In this document: in pieces, positions 34,649-36,476 of the stretch
Numbering within the stretch: the first letter of the stretch is position 1
How the letters are laid out: every line of letters starts with the position of its first letter
Source: a virus
Taxonomy: Duplodnaviria; Caudoviricetes
Strand: one strand, 5' to 3'
IMG/VR virus record: IMGVR_UViG_3300027828_000066
Coordinates: 1-36,476 of that record
Length of the DNA: 36,476 bases
Translations under genes and position numbers: made by a program
Notes under the pieces: model-generated
Told to the model about the DNA's origin: nothing
Database searches by the model: none
Seen by the model: only the letters and a program-made list of their open reading frames with translations

Positions 34649-34851
34649 AATCCGAAGCATACATAGTCGAACAGATAATTAAAATTGAGGGGATACATGA
34701 TCCTACCGACGATATGGATTATCTGGATGCTGAAGAACAAACATCGCTAGCAGTACTCTATGAAATACTAGATAGGGAGTTTACGCCAGAGGAACAGGCA
34801 GCATTGAATAAAGCTAGGGAAAATGAAGAGGATGAGGAAGATTTCGAATGA
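34645..34851 (+). CDS. Very acidic small protein
   Basis: ATGA-coupled; roughly one third Asp/Glu. Confidence 0.65.
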   Translation: MKSEAYIVEQIIKIEGIHDPTDDMDYLDAEEQTSLAVLYEILDREFTPEEQAALNKARENEEDEEDFE

Positions 34852-35576
34852 ACAATAACAAATGGATACCATTAGATCGAAGAGTACTCCCGGAAAACAT
34901 CCTATTCGGGGAATATGATTTCAAATACTCTTTAGTAGAGAATAATAGGGGTGCTCATAAGCGGATTGTGAAACTACGGCCCTCCTGTGATGAACGATTG
35001 GAGATCTTGAGAGTTGGATATAGTGTTAGTTACAGGCCCGCAGAAGTGGAGATTAAGTTCACACCGGGGATAGTAGAAGTTAACACAGCCACGGCAGCTC
35101 AGCAGCTCAAGGAAATGTCTCTACCTAAAGTGGGGTGGGCACTATTGGGAAAGTGGCCCAAAGATCTGCTGGCTGGGTCTTATGACTTCAAATATGATAC
35201 CCCGAACCTCGCCCAAGGTTACACATCAAATATAGAACGATTACCCCCGTTTGAACGTAGGGAACAAATCCTTGAAAGGTATAACAGGGTTTACTATCGG
35301 GCACATAGCGATTTACCCGAACAGTCCTCGGAAGAGGAAAAGCCCCTTGAGGAACCCCCTTTGAAATACACCCACGATCACAGAATGAATCTGTACTGGC
35401 AAATCCTAGATCGTTATGCACGTATAACATGGGTAAAAGTTTCTCAATATGTACCAGAATACAAGAAATACCTGTTTATCTATGTAGACGACGATGAAAT
35501 AGAACAGGAGAGCTGGAACGTAGACGCCTTTGAAACTAAACAGGGAGTCGGTTGCCCTCCTGAGAGTGAGGATTAA
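34848..35576 (+). CDS. Hypothetical protein with an internal domain duplication
   Basis: Two copies of W...P-x-x-x-L-x-G-x-YDFKY...R-x-x-IL...V-x-YR. Confidence 0.7.
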   Translation: MNNNKWIPLDRRVLPENILFGEYDFKYSLVENNRGAHKRIVKLRPSCDERLEILRVGYSVSYRPAEVEIKFTPGIVEVNTATAAQQLKEMSLPKVGWALLGKWPKDLLAGSYDFKYDTPNLAQGYTSNIERLPPFERREQILERYNRVYYRAHSDLPEQSSEEEKPLEEPPLKYTHDHRMNLYWQILDRYARITWVKVSQYVPEYKKYLFIYVDDDEIEQESWNVDAFETKQGVGCPPESED

Positions 35577-35837
35577 ATGGGGCGTACATACGGGAAGCCT
35601 ACAAGCCAACGACAAACGCGTTTAGACTTGATAGCCCAGATAGATAAGAATCGTAAGCTGGAGGCAGAGAACAAATCTCTACGAGGACGCTTACAGGCGA
35701 TCATGGAGCAACCTATCCAGAATTGTGGTAGTTGTGTAAAAGAATTGAATTGCACGCTCCACAGGGAGCATGGCGCGTCTTTGTGCGAGGACTGGGAGGG
35801 AGTGTTCAAATCGCGCATAAGGAGAGATCATGAGTGA
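35577..35837 (+). CDS. Hypothetical coiled-coil/Cys-rich protein
   Basis: GAGG RBS; CGSC...C...C. Confidence 0.7.
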   Translation: MGRTYGKPTSQRQTRLDLIAQIDKNRKLEAENKSLRGRLQAIMEQPIQNCGSCVKELNCTLHREHGASLCEDWEGVFKSRIRRDHE

Positions 35838-35952
35838 AATGGTATTTGATGACTTTGATTATGATAGAAGAAGATGTCCTGATTGTGGTTGTGAGTGGGA
35901 TGAAGTAGAAGAGGGGAATGAATGTCCTGATTGCAAGGAGTCCGACCAATGA
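35830..35952 (+). CDS. 40-aa zinc-ribbon peptide (not in the ORF track)
   Basis: MSEMVFDDFDYDRRRCPDCGCEWDEVEEGNECPDCKESDQ; AAGGAG RBS; overlaps both neighbours. Confidence 0.65.
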   Translation: MSEMVFDDFDYDRRRCPDCGCEWDEVEEGNECPDCKESDQ

Positions 35953-36476
35953 GTAAAGAGTGTAAGACATGCAAGAATAGTTTAAATGGCGAAAAAAGAA
36001 GTAATTATACTATTTGTAAAAACTGCATAGATTGGTCTAATTATATAGGGATTCCCGGCCCAGACTGCAAACAGCAGGAAGAGTTGAAGCCTATATGTCC
36101 TGTATGCAAAAAGCTGTGCAGCCTAGAGGTGGGTAAAGCTCTTGACAATAAGACTCACCAAGCTGTATCTCACTGTTGCAAGTATCCGATAAATGTCTCA
36201 CCAGTAGGGTCTGGTCACGCGGGCGGCGATTTCTTCCCTGAAACCAGCGCACCTCCCGAACCCTGCCCAGACTGCAAACAGCAGGAAGAGTTGAAGCCAG
36301 GCAAATACAAATTATTAAAGTGTCCCCTTTGCGGTAATATCGATAATGTAGATTATGCAATATACCCACCGCAGCAAAATCAATCTTACAGATACTTTTC
36401 AACTAGATATTCAGTAAGATGTTATTGGAACGGCACCGGTAATGGTTGCGGTGCAGAGAGTGGGCATTTCAAAAGC
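35949..36476 (+). CDS. Multi-zinc-finger protein with a Lar-like last module (3'-truncated; not in the ORF track)
   Basis: The frame is open from ATG 35949 to the window end: CKTC/CKNC, CPVC/CC, CPDC, LKCPLCG...C...CGAE. Confidence 0.65.
   Translation, partial: MSKECKTCKNSLNGEKRSNYTICKNCIDWSNYIGIPGPDCKQQEELKPICPVCKKLCSLEVGKALDNKTHQAVSHCCKYPINVSPVGSGHAGGDFFPETSAPPEPCPDCKQQEELKPGKYKLLKCPLCGNIDNVDYAIYPPQQNQSYRYFSTRYSVRCYWNGTGNGCGAESGHFKS
36058..36298 (+). repeat. Perfect 34-bp direct repeat pair
   Basis: GCCCAGACTGCAAACAGCAGGAAGAGTTGAAGCC at 36058-36091 and 36265-36298. Confidence 0.9.

Noticed and set aside
35451-35478. GTACCA-N17-GTTTA inside ORF 34848
   Set aside because: Spacing is right, but the downstream box mismatches and the site is intragenic; it could be a weak eighth copy but is unsupported.
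1-36476. Alternative genetic code (stop-codon reassignment)
   Set aside because: Coding density is high under the standard code, and TAA, TAG and TGA all end genes at tight junctions.

Overview
This window is about 36 kb of a tailed dsDNA bacteriophage genome, with every credible gene on the + strand. From left to right it holds: the 3' end of a tail-fibre gene; a lysis cassette (DUF261/C39-like cysteine peptidase as candidate endolysin, holin, overlapping Rz/Rz1-type spanins); a helically phased ACTT array; early genes; a wHTH replication initiator behind a C4-like antisense RNA leader; a roughly 0.8 kb cluster of independently promoted structured RNAs, including tRNA-like elements; a near-complete replication/recombination module (UvsY-like, gp32-like SSB, RecA/UvsX, RuvC-like, split Rad50 around Mre11, SNF2 helicase, DnaB, sliding clamp, UDG-fused PolA, clamp loader, primase); a sigma-factor-like gene; an N6A/N4C methyltransferase; a candidate DNA-modification operon (HAD, CmoA-like, ParB, unknown, ParB-ParB-methyltransferase) abutting the terminase small subunit; and many small ORFs. 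Two promoter classes are visible directly in the sequence: four near-identical sigma70 promoters and seven GTACCA-N17-GTA promoters. CCSGG is strongly enriched and CCWGG is nearly absent. The host is probably diderm and possibly a spirochete, an inference from the spanins and the DUF261-like gene. All protein assignments come from motif recognition by eye; no database searches were run.
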